A stretch of 61,342 nt of DNA, filler included, from Sphacelaria rigidula (Eukaryota): assembly GCA_964200075.2 (NCBI GenBank). It is 5 parts of 5 records of this genome, joined end to end, with 100 filler letters (N's around TTAATTAATTAA, not from the genome) between each part and the next. Parts side by side here need not be neighbours in the genome. Positions count along the whole stretch, not along the records: positions 12,291 to 24,480 come from CAXNAA020004026.1; positions 24,581 to 36,769 come from CAXNAA020004027.1; 3 more parts are not named here. One strand, given 5' to 3'. Positions 12,291 through 24,719 of the stretch are shown in pieces. A program made the translations under genes and the position numbers. The stretch's first letter is position 1, and each line of letters begins with the position of its first letter. The notes beneath the pieces were generated by a model. That model did no database searches. It was not told the origin of the DNA and saw only the letters and a program-made list of their open reading frames with translations.

Positions 12291-13639
12291 CGATTTCATG
12301 CCACCTTTGTTCACGTCTCGCATTTCCCCCTCTAGCACGTCCCGTTCCTCCTTGTATAGCTAGGGGGGGGGGAGCTGACGTGCATTTAGTATACGTTCGA
12401 AAGCTTTGAGCTGTAATGCTCAGCCGGTCACCTGAGGAAAGGGGTGTGGTGGACTGAAAAATTGAGAGCGAGCGGTATGTTATGCTATGCTGTTATGCCC
12501 TTTCCCGTGTTTTGAAGAACAAGAAAAAGGGGGGGGGGGGGGGGGGTGTGACAATGAAGGCCACCTTCAGGAGAAGGGGAGAGCGNNNNNNNNNNCACTG
12601 CCGGGCGGGGTCGGGGCGTCTGTGGCCCTTCTGTGCCCGCCCGTTGGGGAGGTGGGAGAGGTGGGGGGGGGGGGGGGGGGGGGGGGGGGTCGTTGACAAT
12701 GTAGGCCACCTGCAGAGGCAGAGGGGGGAAATTGATATCGAGAACAGTAGACACTAGGATTTTGATGTCGAAACAGTAGGAGACTCAGGAGTGATGTCTG
12801 GTACGGTAGGATTACAATATTTTTGTTATCTTCCGAGATGTCCGCAGACGCCTGACGTGGTGTGGAGGTAATGCAAATGCGTACTTGCTGATTCCCATGT
12901 ATTAGCTGAAAGGAGCTCACTGCCGAATTGGACTTGATGTTCGATAGCCGAATGTTGCGTGAAGATGGCATTACATTTTTGTTCTTGGATGAAATATTGA
13001 ATCTTGGAGATGGACATGAAAATACAGGATGTTTCACGATTATTTCTGGATCGGGAGCAGGAGTGAACTTCTTCCGATTCCTCCGCTTGGTTTCGAATCA
13101 GCGGAAGCAAACCTCTGATGCCTCGATGGCCACCTCGGTACGTGCCTTCAGAGTGTTGGGGCTGTGTTTCGATCTCCCCAGCCAGGCTAAGTTGGGATGA
13201 GATGGCATGTGTTCATGGCATGTGTTCAGTTGCTTCTTTCCCCAACTGGGTCGTAATTTTGTGTCAAGTAGGAGAGTATGCGACTGTTTTTTTTTGTTTT
13301 TGATTGTTCGAGCTTTTGCGTACAGTGAGCGGAAGAGAGGATCCCTTTTTGCATGGGCGAAACTTTCTTCTTGATTCATGTATGACTTTGAGTCCAAAGA
13401 TATGACAGGTTAGGGGGGGTATTCGAGTAGCTGAGTATCTTTGGGGAAAATCTACGAGTGGGATCGACGATGTAGTGACTGACCTGACGTGTCGTGATCT
13501 GATCGCACACACGTGCAGGGTGTTACACCGCATTTAGGCGTGCTTTTACATGCGTGAAGTCTTGACTTCGTGACACGGAGTACATGGTTCGCTCACCATC
13601 TCACTTCATCTCACCACCGTAGTCAGACTGGCTGAGCTA

Positions 13640-16600
13640 CACTAATAAACTATCTCAACAACTCTCCACGGGCATCCGAGCCAATCAACATCCCTCCCCT
13701 TGTCGTTCTGGACTTGTAACCACAATCAGCGTCATCGGCCAGAAAGCGCGAACATTTTCTCGGCTCAATCAGGCTCAACAAAGTCCGAGAAGAGACGTTG
13801 ACAGGTATGGCACTCGAACCACCAACCGCCGATGAGGGAGTCGTGAATCCATAACACCTCTACCGATTCAATTGATTGGTGCGACTGATTGATTGATGTC
13901 ATTGGTGGATAGATTGACTGAGTGTCTTTGCATTAACAGGTCGATCCGCTACGAACGCAGTCGTGGCCACCAACTTTTTTTTCATACCCAAGGTAAATAA
14001 AAAACGGGAAATCGTCGAGATGACCAAACGTCGAGTAGTACACCCACGAAACGACAAACAAACAGGCCATAGCCACCGTGTCTCCGAAGTCCCACGGTAC
14101 AACTGACACCATTAAGGTGAACCGAAAGCGGGTTTGCTTTCACGCCAGAGGCGCCTGGATTTTTCTCTTTTTCAGAAATATTTTACTATGGTCGTTGAAG
14201 CGCGAGGACTGGAGTAGCGAAAAAAATGGTCTTGTCGACTGAGTTTGCTTCACGAGAGTCGACGCGGTGCTGGAGTGTCGGTCATGACCCATGATCCAAC
14301 CCGCGATACCAAAAGTGTCGGGTGTGTACCTTAGTGGAGAGACAGATGAGTCTATCCCTCGAAACCACAGACTCGTCCCGAGGAAGGGGAGGGGTTACAA
14401 TAACAACAACAACAACAACAACAACAACAAAAGAATGTGAAAGCATGACGAACCTGTTCGTGTAGTACATGTTTCGCAGCTTTTGCCGCATCGCAGACGC
14501 CGCTTCCCCTGTCGGAACCACGCTCTTGTCACCCAGCAAGCCGTATCTGTTCTCAAGACGAAAAGAAAAATGAAGAGGTGGAAAACGAACCGTAAGTAAG
14601 ACACATGTACTGTGAGTACCACGGTGCATCCATGTCCCGAGCACACCGGCGCACATGCGTCGGGTTTTTGGTTCCCTCCGGATATACGCTATTCGGACCT
14701 CAGCCACAAGCACGAGGTTGTTGCGTAGAGAACCGCCAGCAGGAAAGCCCTTCACCGCCGACACATCAACATCAAACGCTGGCGAGGAATCAAGGCTGGA
14801 AACGGTCGAGAGGGCAATCCGTTTTGAAGCCAGTTCTAGAGCAGTGGAGGCGAAGGTAAATCTGAAACTTGTACGCCCCTGTCTTATCTCATCGACTGTT
14901 GACTGCTTTTCGTGGGATGCACCCGTCAGCGATGTTCCTAGCTGTACTGCTGTACACGATCTGTTTTTTTTTGGGTTTCATCACGTCCCCCTCTCGCTCG
15001 CTCTCTCTCTCTTCCTCCCGTGTTAAGCTCAGCCCAAAACAATATGGTTCTCAACAATCTCAGCCAAAACCCGCATCCACGGCCGTTATCGCCGGTTTCA
15101 TCATTTTGATTCGTTGACGTTTCGTCGGTGAATTTTCCTTGCATTCTGATGGTCTTTATGTGAGTGCTTTAGTTGCATGGCCTTCACACCTGAAGCCACG
15201 CTGCAGGAACCAGACATTTCTTTCCCGTTACTGATATTTTTATCGAGATTGGTTCTTCCATGTTCGCCATCCCCCTACCCTTCCTTGCAGTAATTTTCGT
15301 CGCTCACTTCAACACTGTGTTTGATTAATATTTTTTTATGTTTCTCTCTTCTCAAGTTTTGATTCGCGAGCGTTTCCGCTTAGTCTACCTTGCGTCCATC
15401 TTGCAGGTGATGACCACAGCTCGATATTTTGGGTATCCCGTAATGTGCGATATCCGACCAATTGAATCACTCATCAGATCCGACAACGATCCTATGGAGC
15501 GGATGTTCCATCACCCCGGCGCATAATCTAGTTCATTACTGCGGTACGGTCATGATCCGACAAGGACAACGGCTCACCAACGCTTCATCTCCATCCACTC
15601 GATCCCAGAGTGATGCTACGGTGGGGGTGCACAAATATTTTCTGAGGTTAGAATTGTTAGGAGCCCTTGATCTTATGCAAAACAGCACTTTTGAAAATAC
15701 GTTACGTACGCCAGGATTACTACTCCAATTTGCTGGGGATATCCCGAATGAATCTGCAAACGGGGATGCCCTGACCCATATATTCGTGCATCTAAAATCG
15801 TGAGGAGCCCCTGAACTAGACAATATTTCGCGAAAAAAGTATACCCCTACTGTAGCAATGCTCCCCACCCGCGTCTACCTCAGCTTCCAGACACAAGAAA
15901 GAACACACAGCCCCGTCCCACGCCATCCCATCTTTGTTCGCAAGAGACTATGACCTCTCATCTCCGAGGGTAGGAAAATTTCAGTAGAACAGAAAGCAAC
16001 ACATTGAATCGTTCATGTATGATTTGTCTCACATGATTATTCACAAAAACCTGCAACACGTCGAAATCATACGCATGGTCGAACCATGGAATCCGTCGTA
16101 CGCACCACCGAGCTGCTTTGCGACTTCATGAACCAGCCCGCTCCCCCCAGAGGCGATGAATTTCTACCCTAAATATTTCACTTTCGCATCCCCGAGCAAA
16201 TCAACCGAACTTGAAAATTCTTCAATCTGATCCATGTGTGAAAGCACAGTGAACCCCACATGTGCTTGTCCTGAGATACCGCGTTCCTATATTTCCTACC
16301 CGCTATTCCTGTTACAGAAACAATCAGAGTACAGACGTTGGCGTGTCGTTCCAGAGCACACAGTCTCAAGCGGTTTATTGGGAGCATCCAGTACACGGTT
16401 TGCCGCCGACAGGGGGTAGTACTCGCAACCTAGAGAGGGGCTGTTCAGCTGCAGCGTCAGGTTACGGCCATGGAACGTCACCCAAAACATGGAATGAGGT
16501 CCACGTACAGTAAACATTTGTCTTTCTTTCTCCTTCATCCTCTTTATCCCTTTCCTTCCTCGCGACGAGCTCGTGATTCCAAGCGATCAACCTCCCATTT

Positions 16601-16969
16601 TCAAAGTACCTGCAAGACGTGTTACCAGGGATTGAACCCGCACTCCCGCACCCGGTCGGCCCTCGTCGACCTTCCTGCGCGACTCAGTTCCTCACCCTCT
16701 CAATGTCGAACACAGATTCTCCTCGCAAAGACCGTCTATGTCAGCACTCGAATCCACAGTCTTCCTCGCTAATTGGCAGCTAGTGTGCCATCTATAGTTA
16801 GACCCCCGGAGGGATGGCAGCACGATTCGCAAAATATGATCACGACTCACGTCGACTCGAGCATTTGCAGCCAAGCTTTCAATTTGTCCACATCGAGCAT
16901 GTCTTCGTATCGAATGCTGTCGTACATAGGTACCCAATCCCGGACTGCATTAAAGTCTTCTATTTTCGC
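13640..16969 (-). pseudogene. Decayed multi-exon gene of unknown family with short introns, interrupted by MITE A
   Basis: Exons 16969-16851 and 16791-16696 and the exon starting at 16609 splice in frame across 59- and 86-nt GT-AG introns, giving AKIEDFNAVRDWVPMYDSIRYEDMLDVDKLKAWLQMLESTWHTSCQLARKTV...GYFENGRLIAWNHEL.... Further exon-like blocks lie near 16308, 14960-14697 and 14546-14453. Downstream stops and frameshifts are present. Confidence 0.4.
15608..15863 (+). mobile_element. MITE family A, copy 2 (TSD CCCA/CCCA)
   Basis: TIRs GAGTGATGCTACGGTGGGGGTGCAC / GTATACCCCTACTGTAGCAATGCTC, with a 4-bp direct repeat CCCA on both flanks. Confidence 0.88.
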
Positions 16970-17804
16970 CTGTCGTCGAGAAAGAGAAAGAGAGAGCGCG
17001 AGGGAGGGAGGGGGAGAGAGAGTAAAACCAACAAGAGAGACATGAAAAACACAGAGGAATAACAAAAGGAACTCAAGAAATCACGAGAACGTTCCTCGTG
17101 ACCCGTTTCTGCAAAAAAACTATACATTACTGCAGTACGTACGGTGCAGTATGTTCAATCGCGAAACCCACGATGCCTCGCTGTCTGCCTTTCGGAACGT
17201 ACGGTATGGACGGTAGGGGGGCGGGCGAATGTTGCACCTATGCAGTAAAATACGTATATCGCGGGGACTGAGGAAATCTAAAACCCCGTTGCCCCGTCAC
17301 GGAACAAAGAATAGCGGTGGTTGGCATGCTACACTGTACACATGTGCTTATGTGCGCGTTTCACATGTTCGATCAACGAATGTAGTGCGACCCTGACAGT
17401 CATCGTGCGGTATGAAAGTTAGTGAAGCATCGACTTCGTTGCAATTCAAAGGGGAAAAGTGTGAAAATCACAAAGGGCAACGGCCACTCTATACCCGCTG
17501 TTCTAGGTAGCGCAAAACGCCAGTAGATGCAGCAGCGATCGCAACAAAACAAGGAAACGGCACGAAGACATATGGAGTGCGACGCAACCGAAACAAGATA
17601 TACGACATTTGAGACAAAAACTGAAACTGCGGACGTGTAAATATACGAGCTGGGCTAGCTTAGGAACGGGTTCAAGCCTTCAAAGTAATATCTTATCGAC
17701 ACAGACAAGTTGGGCCGTGATCCGCAAATCAGATGTATTCTATCATCAAATGTATTCCTTTTATCAAGCCATCGAATCAAATTACCATCAAAGGTATTAC
17801 TATC

Positions 17805-17879
<75 letters not shown>

Positions 17880-17926
17880 TATCATCATCATCATTACCAT
17901 CATCATTATCATCATCACCTTCATCA
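17805..17926. repeat. (CAT)n microsatellite
   Basis: Direct reading. Confidence 0.95.
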
Positions 17927-18040
17927 TATGAAATAAAATAAAGTGTATCATTAGTCTTCATATCTCGCCGCTCCATACATGAATCAAGTAAATCGTGTCT
18001 GCTTTGGGTCCATACCTTATCCAAGAACAACATTATCCTT

Positions 18041-18401
18041 TCCGGAACAGTAATTTACACTTCCCAACCACAATCACGCCGAAGTATGGCCAGTGCGTGA
18101 CGGTTTCACCATCACTGCATGTCACAAAAAACGACCGTCACTGCATATCACAAAAAACCGCCGGAACCGTATTCACACTTCTCTACCACAAGCACGCTGG
18201 AGTATGGTCAGTGCGTAGCAGTTCTTTCATCACTGCATGTCACAAAAACGGCCGTCACAGTTGTTGTTGTTGTTGTTGTCTTCACATTGAAACAGATCAT
18301 AAGAAACGGCCGGAACGGTATTTACACTTCCCAACCACAAGCACGACGAAGTATGGTCAGTGCGTAACGGTTTTACCATCACTGCATGTCACAAAAAACG
18401 G

Positions 18402-18480
<79 letters not shown>

Positions 18481-18700
18481 CGTCTTCACATTACATATCA
18501 CAAAAAACGGCCGGAACAGTATTTTACGCTTTCCAACCACAAGCACGCCGACGCAAAAAACGGCCGGAACAGCAGTTTACACCTCTCGACCACAAGCACG
18601 CCGAAGTATGGTCAGTGCGTAGCGGTTCTTCCATCAGTTCATGTCACAAGAAACGGCCGTTGCTGCATATCACAAAGAACGGCCGTAACAGTATTTTACA
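18041..18700 (+). repeat. ~120-bp-unit minisatellite with embedded (GTT)n tracts
   Basis: The unit CCGGAACAGTATTTACAC..ACCACAAGCACGCCGAAGTATGGTCAGTGCGTA..CTGCATGTCACAAAAAACGG occurs about 5 times. (GTT)6 lies at 18260 and (GTT)~26 at 18401. Confidence 0.9.
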
Positions 18701-20214
18701 CTACTTCTGAACCACAAAATAATGCAGAACAGTATCTCACCCACAGTTTGAAATGACGCCTTGACCTACCCTCCTCGCAGACTACTCATGACCTGCGAAA
18801 GAAAAATGTTTTTTTGTGAAGCCCAACAGAGGAGGGAGACAACAAGGGGAAATGCAGAAAAAACAAGCCCCCCTTTCCCTTGGGAGAAGGGCAAACCCGT
18901 CTCATGCGGAGAACCCTGATCTGCGAACTGTTGTACGCGGGTGTTATTTTCATGTTTACTGTTGCGTGCAGGTATGCATGTTCTAGGATTTACAAATCAA
19001 ACAGATAACTACACTGCACATGCACACGATTGCGAGACCTTAGACTGTTCATGACCTCCGCAAGAAAGAGTCTTTCGTGGAACCCAACAAGGTACAACAC
19101 CCACGCATTCGATTCTTTCCACGTGAGGGTGGTACCAAGGGGAGCAGCAGAAAGAACAAACCCCCCTTTCCCTTGGGGAAAGGGCAATCCCTTGACATGC
19201 AAACAACCGTCATATACCCGTTAATTACAGTTGTGCACAGTGTCCATGGTCACTGTTGTATGTTTTAAAACCGCAGAATAGTAACAGTGATGTTATGCCA
19301 ATCCGTAACTGAGAGATATCCGAACGGAAAGATCGAACCGTTTACCGGAATTCCGCACGTACATATATCCCTCAGCGGAAGAACTTTGAGACAGATCTGT
19401 GGCTGGCGGGAGCACAGTTTACAGACACAGAACGGAAAATCGCAGCGCTGGATTGCACGATACAGGGCGTCGGTTTTTGTTTTCAAACACTGCTACACTG
19501 AACGAAATTTTGAAATCTCTGCACATATACCCTTCAGCGGAAGAACGTTTGAGAAAGATATTATACGACCACGGCTGGACCCCTGGAACGTCTTTTGGAA
19601 CCCATCGACGATTTCGGTTTCGGTGAATCCGCCTTTTCTTCATCATTTTCAAGTCACAATGATGCCGATTCTCAAAACAAAAACCGTCATTGGGTTCCCG
19701 AAGGGGCAATCACCAAAAACCGTATATCGACGGCACTTTCGCCAACATCCGGTATAGCTCACACCCCCCTTCAGAAAAGCTACTAATGCAGTCGCCTGAT
19801 TGGCCACATCCCGCCGCGTGCGAATTCTGGCGAAAACCACACCTGTGTACCTGTTCTCGATTTGGCTTTTACCGGTTTTTGGCGACGGTCTCATCGGTTT
19901 TTGGCGATCGAGGCAGTTATGCTCAAGTTCCCGGCCAGCCCCGAAACACGCACACGTCAGTCACCATATTTTATTTTACGTTTCGACGGCTGGCCGTTGG
20001 AGATCATAATATTCCGAGTTTCGTTTCATCTATTCGATCACCGCCGCCCTGGAGTGCGCCCCGTCAATCCGACAACAAGCACACTTGCTCAATCCGACAA
20101 CCAGCACGCATTGTCAATCCGACAAAGCACGTAGTGGTTCCACGGCTTTGAAAAGAACTTTCTGTTCAAAACACAAGGCGCCCTGACCAAACGAACCGTC
20201 ACCCTCGCAGGAAA

Positions 20215-20530
20215 GCGTGAGTTCAATACCTACTACCGCCATATCTCGACCGTTTGTTTCTGCCAGTACCATGCTCATGTTGTATAGTGGAGTATATTGT
20301 ATGGGCGCTATAAGCGCTGTACAGCATATCAACAACAATGAACAGTCCTCGGGGTGACGAAACCCTGTGAAGCGTACTGCACACGTGAACAGATAGCACC
20401 CTGTAGGACGTGCTGCACAGGGTTCTTCACAGTATTTTGTGAGAAGCCCTGCATTGCATTTGCAAACCCTAGTACCTCTACTAGCATTTTGCATAGCGTT
20501 TCTGTCGGAACTCTGCAAGCAACTGTGTGG
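20215..20530 (+). repeat. Dispersed repeat (possible SINE), related to 21385-21880
   Basis: Shares CTCGACCGTTT.TTCTGCCAGTACCATGC.CATG..GTA..GGAGTATATTGT...CTCGGGGTGACGAA with 21430-21590. B-box-like GTTCAATACC at 20221. Confidence 0.6.
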
Positions 20531-21384
20531 AGAGGCCCTCCCAATTTTCAAAATTCCTTTCTGTATTTTTTGGAAATTCCAAAATATTTTGCTACAAAAT
20601 CTGTAAATATATTTATTTTGAATAGCTTCTCTTGCTATCCGAGATAAATCCTCTCTTTGGCCAATTTAAATCGATCAAAAAAAGGATTTATCTCGGACAG
20701 CAGGAAAAGCTATTCAAAACAGTTCTTCTTTTCGCCCAATTTATTTGGGCAAAAAAAGGATTTATTTCAAACAGCAGAAGAACCTATTCAAAATAGTTTT
20801 TTTTTCGCCCATTTAAATTGGGCGAAGACTAGCTTTTTCTGCTGCACAAATCCCATGCACACTGGCAGATTTGGAATTTGAACAGCGAAAGAAGCTTGAA
20901 ATAAATCTTCACTTTGCCCTCCAATTCATCCGGAAATTGGGCAAAAAGATATTTATTGCGAACAGCGTCAGTCGGACATATCCCGCATACTGTACCGTTA
21001 TTAGCGTATGGGATCCGACACGCAGAAAAACTTGTTGGAAGTAATTCACCCTCTCGCCCCCCACTTCATGTACCGACTGGGCTAAAGGATGAATTCTCAA
21101 CAGCTTTTGCTGAATATAGATCCCACACACTGCTTACGAGTGTATGTCCACACGCATGTGCTTCGAAGCGACGCTTCCGCTGCAGGCGTGGTGAAGATGC
21201 TGAATTCATGGAATATACCTCGCATATGAATCCACATAGCTTATGAAAAACCCGCGGTCCAGTGTCCACCGACAGAATCTAAATGATAAGAAAATATAAT
21301 TCAATCAATCATGCTTTTGTTTATGGAGATTTTTGCTCGATAGTTATTAGAAGCACAAAAAATACGATCTCGACACCAACAAAT

Positions 21385-21880
21385 CGGGTAGCTCAATGCA
21401 CCTCTGGACGCGCTTCCGGGCTCAAAATTGTGAGATCAATTCCTACCACTGCAATTTCTCGACCGTTTTTTCTGCCAGTACCATGCCCATGCTGTATGGA
21501 GTATATTGTGTGTGCGCTATAAAGGCTGTACAGCACATTAACAACAATAAATAGAACTCGGGGTGACGAACCCTGCGAAGCGTACTATGCGGCGCGAAAA
21601 ACACTCTGCAGCCAAATCCCCCCGACAAATACTGGACAGTTTCCCTGAAACCCTGTGAAGCGTACGGTGTGGCGCAAAAAGGCACCCTACAGCTAAATCC
21701 CCGCGAGAAACGCTGCACAGTTTCCCTGAACTATATAGACGTGCCCCACAGGGTGCTATCTGTCCACGTGTGTGTGCGGCGCGAAAAAATGCCTACAGCC
21801 AAATCCTCGCGAGAAACACTGCACAGTTTCTCTGAACCCTGTAGACGTGCCCCAAAGGGTGTTATCTGTCCACGTGTGTA
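21385..21880 (+). repeat. Dispersed repeat with internal ~80-105-bp tandem subunits (possible tRNA-headed SINE)
   Basis: A-box-like GGGTAGCTCAATG start. The body is shared with 20215-20530, and GGCGC.AAAA...CAGCCAAATCC..CGAGAAAC.CTGCACAGTTTC subunits occur 3 times. Confidence 0.6.
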
Positions 21881-22099
21881 TTGTTGGCAATGCTTACTGC
21901 ACTGAAGCGTCATCCGCTCGCCGAGGGTCCTGGTGTATCCAGCGTCATCATGATGGCGATATAGACGATGCTATTTTCCGGAATACCGACAACTCATGGA
22001 AGGAAGGCACGCCTTGATATATTTTGTCCTATTTCCCCCGTACGGCGTCGCCTAGCTGCTTCCACATCATGGCCGTAACCCCCTTTTTTGTTGTTCTTG

Positions 22100-22189
22100 C
22101 TGGATGTATGTGGGTGTGTGTATGTATGCGTATATGTGTGTATGCGTGTGTGTATGTGGATGTGTGTATGCGCATCAATGTGGATGCGG

Positions 22190-22274
<85 letters not shown>
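22100..22274. repeat. (GT)n microsatellite and degenerate flank
   Basis: Direct reading. Confidence 0.95.
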
Positions 22275-22278
<4 letters not shown>

Positions 22279-22754
22279 GTCGCGTCCCCATGCCGTGTTG
22301 AAGCTGCCCCGTATGTTGAAGGTCGGTTTGATATGGTTCTTGAACTGTGGTGCCTTTGTTGGAACATATTTATGTACCAAGAAAAGGTGATCCAAGAGCA
22401 TTGGAACGGACGTTTTTTTTCGTTTCGACAGTCGGCTCGACGAACTGTCCTAGCACACCATACGGTATTTGTGAAGACCCCGCATTGAAGTTTTGCATCC
22501 AAGAACCCGCCTGAAATTGGTGAACTCGTGAATTACTTGAGAACATGTGTGTGTTCATCGTATGGGGTTGTGAGTAGCGAATATTCCGCAATTTCATCCT
22601 CCCGTCCTCGCTTGGCTCGACATTTCTGGAGAACTGAGACCACGTTGTAGTCTCTCCCTCCACTATCATCCATTTTGTGCCGAGGTACTCACTGCAGTTG
22701 CTCCTTGCTAGCTGTGAGGGTCTCAGCCATCTTCTTCTCTTATTTATTGTCTTG

Positions 22755-23311
22755 TTTTGTTTGTTTTTGTTCCTGCGTCTCTCCGACAGTCACGGAAGCC
22801 ACCAACACAGGCGGATCCGAGACGACCCGTCCCTTCTTTTCAGCCCATATTTGCGAAAACGGATGACCGATATCCCAAGGGCTTCTTCAGTAAAAGTTAT
22901 TATACGTAATCAGCCGTGTGTTCGATATTTGTGCCAACGGATTACCGATGCCCTAAGGGCTTCCTCGGCAAATTGTAATGTGTGGGTGTCCATTATACTT
23001 TTGTTGTTGTTGATTTTTTTGTTTTTCTTGTTTTTGTTCCTGCGTCTCCACGACCTTCACTCCCTCGTGAATCGTTGGGTTCGAGACACCCCGTCTCTTC
23101 TCCTTAACCCTATATTCACGAAAACGGATGGCCGCTTCCTCAGTGAGTGTTACTTCATATAACCCGCTGTGTGTTCGACATTTGCGCCAACGGATGACCG
23201 ATACCCCAAGGGCTTCCTCAGCAAACTTTCACGTGTTTTTGGGTATGACAACTATGGGTTTTGTTTTGCGGTGTGTGCGAAAACGGATAACCGATACGCC
23301 GGGCTTCCTCA
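22755..23311 (+). repeat. Degenerate tandem repeat (~270-bp dimer with AACGGATGACCGATA.CCCAAGGGCTTCCTCAG subunits)
   Basis: The subunit occurs at about 22859, 22937, 23124, 23189 and 23282. TTGTTTTTGTTCCTGCGTCTC is duplicated at about 22761 and 23028. Confidence 0.75.
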
Positions 23312-24280
23312 GTGCGCGCGTCCCGCGGCGATTATCGCTGCACGGTCCCGGAGCTTCAACTGGCCACTGCTGCCGCTCCTCGACCCCATACCGCGAGCTA
23401 TCTCGTCGGTCCCTACACCGGTATGAGTTTTTACATGAACCATCTCAATGTTGAAAGTGATGTCTTCTTGATCGTAATGCCTTGGCGGGTCATTTGAAAC
23501 CGAGTCACGTGCAATCCTACCGCGAGTGTCGCGCCCCTCCTTGATGTTCGTCCGACCGTGAGTACTACAGTCCCCGTTGCCTACAGAATAGCCTGGTTTG
23601 TGTGGGTTCCTAGAGTGTTTGATCGTAAGGCCGTCCGGGTCAAGCGCTGATTTTATCGGCGGACCGTAGCTTGTTTCTGTTTCATGTTGGTGGGTTGATA
23701 ATATGACCATCCGGGTCACGTGCTCACGCGGTCACGTGCTCATACTGCAGTCGTAGTTGTCAGCCTTCATGTGCACAACAGATAGCGTTGTCGGAAAATT
23801 CCTTGGATCGAGGATTTTTTGTCATCGGCTTTTCTTTTCTTGTCTGTATCATGAGTGGGTGTGGATATAATCATGTGTGTGAGGTCGCACCGGCGCCCTC
23901 AGTGCCTCCCATGACCACTCTCTCTCGAATACCGGACAACATCAGCTTTAGCCGCCGTTGCTCTCAATTCTAAGTGAGTCCTTACCAGTCAGCCTTATAG
24001 ACGTGAGAAACTATTGGCTCTGGTTCATGCTGTAAACTACAAGGAGATAATTCATTTCTGTGAACACCTGGACTGAACTGGGGCTGATTTGTTACTGCAC
24101 AGCTATGCGTCGCAACCAAGCACGTACGGCTCGAGCCTCTGTTCGTGACAACACACACAGGACAAAGGTGCAAGGTGAAAGCCTCCGACTGATTACATGA
24201 TAATATGTGCACCCAGGGGGCAGCGTAAATACCATTCTTGACATTTAGGTCCCAATATCGAAAATTTGAGTTTTTGAGGG

Positions 24281-24480
24281 GAGGAGGGGCGTTCTCATGT
24301 GTTGCTTGCCTTAGTCGTTTGACCAGGGGAGCGGGGGTTAGTACTCATGGTCATGGATGCCATTGTCATCAGACCACTGACCTCGCATCCCTACAAAGCC
24401 GGGATGGAGCACGCCGGGTTTTCCACGGATCAGGCTCGCCTCAATCACCACGCGCGAAGCGCCGTGGTGTGTTCGGCGAG
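24281..24480 (+). mobile_element. High-copy TIR element family C (poly-G-GTACTCAT ends), nested ends at scaffold break
   Basis: A reversed arm B is immediately followed by arm A (GTACTCATGG.CATGGATGCCAT.GTCATCAGACCA.TGACCTCGCATCCCTACAAAGCCGGGA). Other fragments lie at 24581-24660, 27129-27200, 29128-29222, 29570-29650, 32345-32760, 36707-36769, 38010-38082, 49158-49205 and 51158-51320. Confidence 0.8.
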
Positions 24481-24580
24481 NNNNNNNNNNNNNNNNNNNN
24501 NNNNNNNNNNNNNNNNNNNNNNNNTTAATTAATTAANNNNNNNNNNNNNNNNNNNNNNNNNNNNNNNNNNNNNNNNNNNN
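24481..24580. other. Artificial scaffold-joining spacer
   Basis: N44-TTAATTAATTAA-N44. Confidence 0.97.
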
Positions 24581-24719
24581 AAAAGGATGCGTGGTCAACC
24601 GTCACACGACTAAGGCAAGCAACAAATGAGTACGCCCCCCACCCCCCCCAACCCCCCCCAATATTACGACATGGCTCAGCCCGAGCATCGGCGCGAACTT
24701 GGTCAGGAAGAGTTCGGAC

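Noticed and set aside
14655..14855. Plus-strand ATG-initiated segment resembling a mitochondrial presequence exon
   Set aside because: It has no convincing downstream exons and overlaps an open minus-strand frame that fits the decayed minus-strand gene. It cannot belong to the b5 reductase, which is on a different scaffold.
17609..17951. Poly-His, Ser, Asp, Met and Ile ORFs
   Set aside because: They are translations of the (CAT)n microsatellite. The same applies to ORFs over 22.0-22.5 kb, 25.2-25.5 kb and 51.5-51.9 kb.
17995..18756. 253-aa Cys-rich repeat ORF, and a CRISPR-like appearance of the repeat array
   Set aside because: The ORF is the translation of a minisatellite plus (GTT)n. The units are contiguous and degenerate, with no unique spacers and no cas genes, in eukaryotic DNA.
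23312..23425. 'GPYTG' segment as the missing RPYTP exon of cytochrome b5 reductase
   Set aside because: The match is poor, and the segment lies on a different scaffold, before the 24481 spacer.
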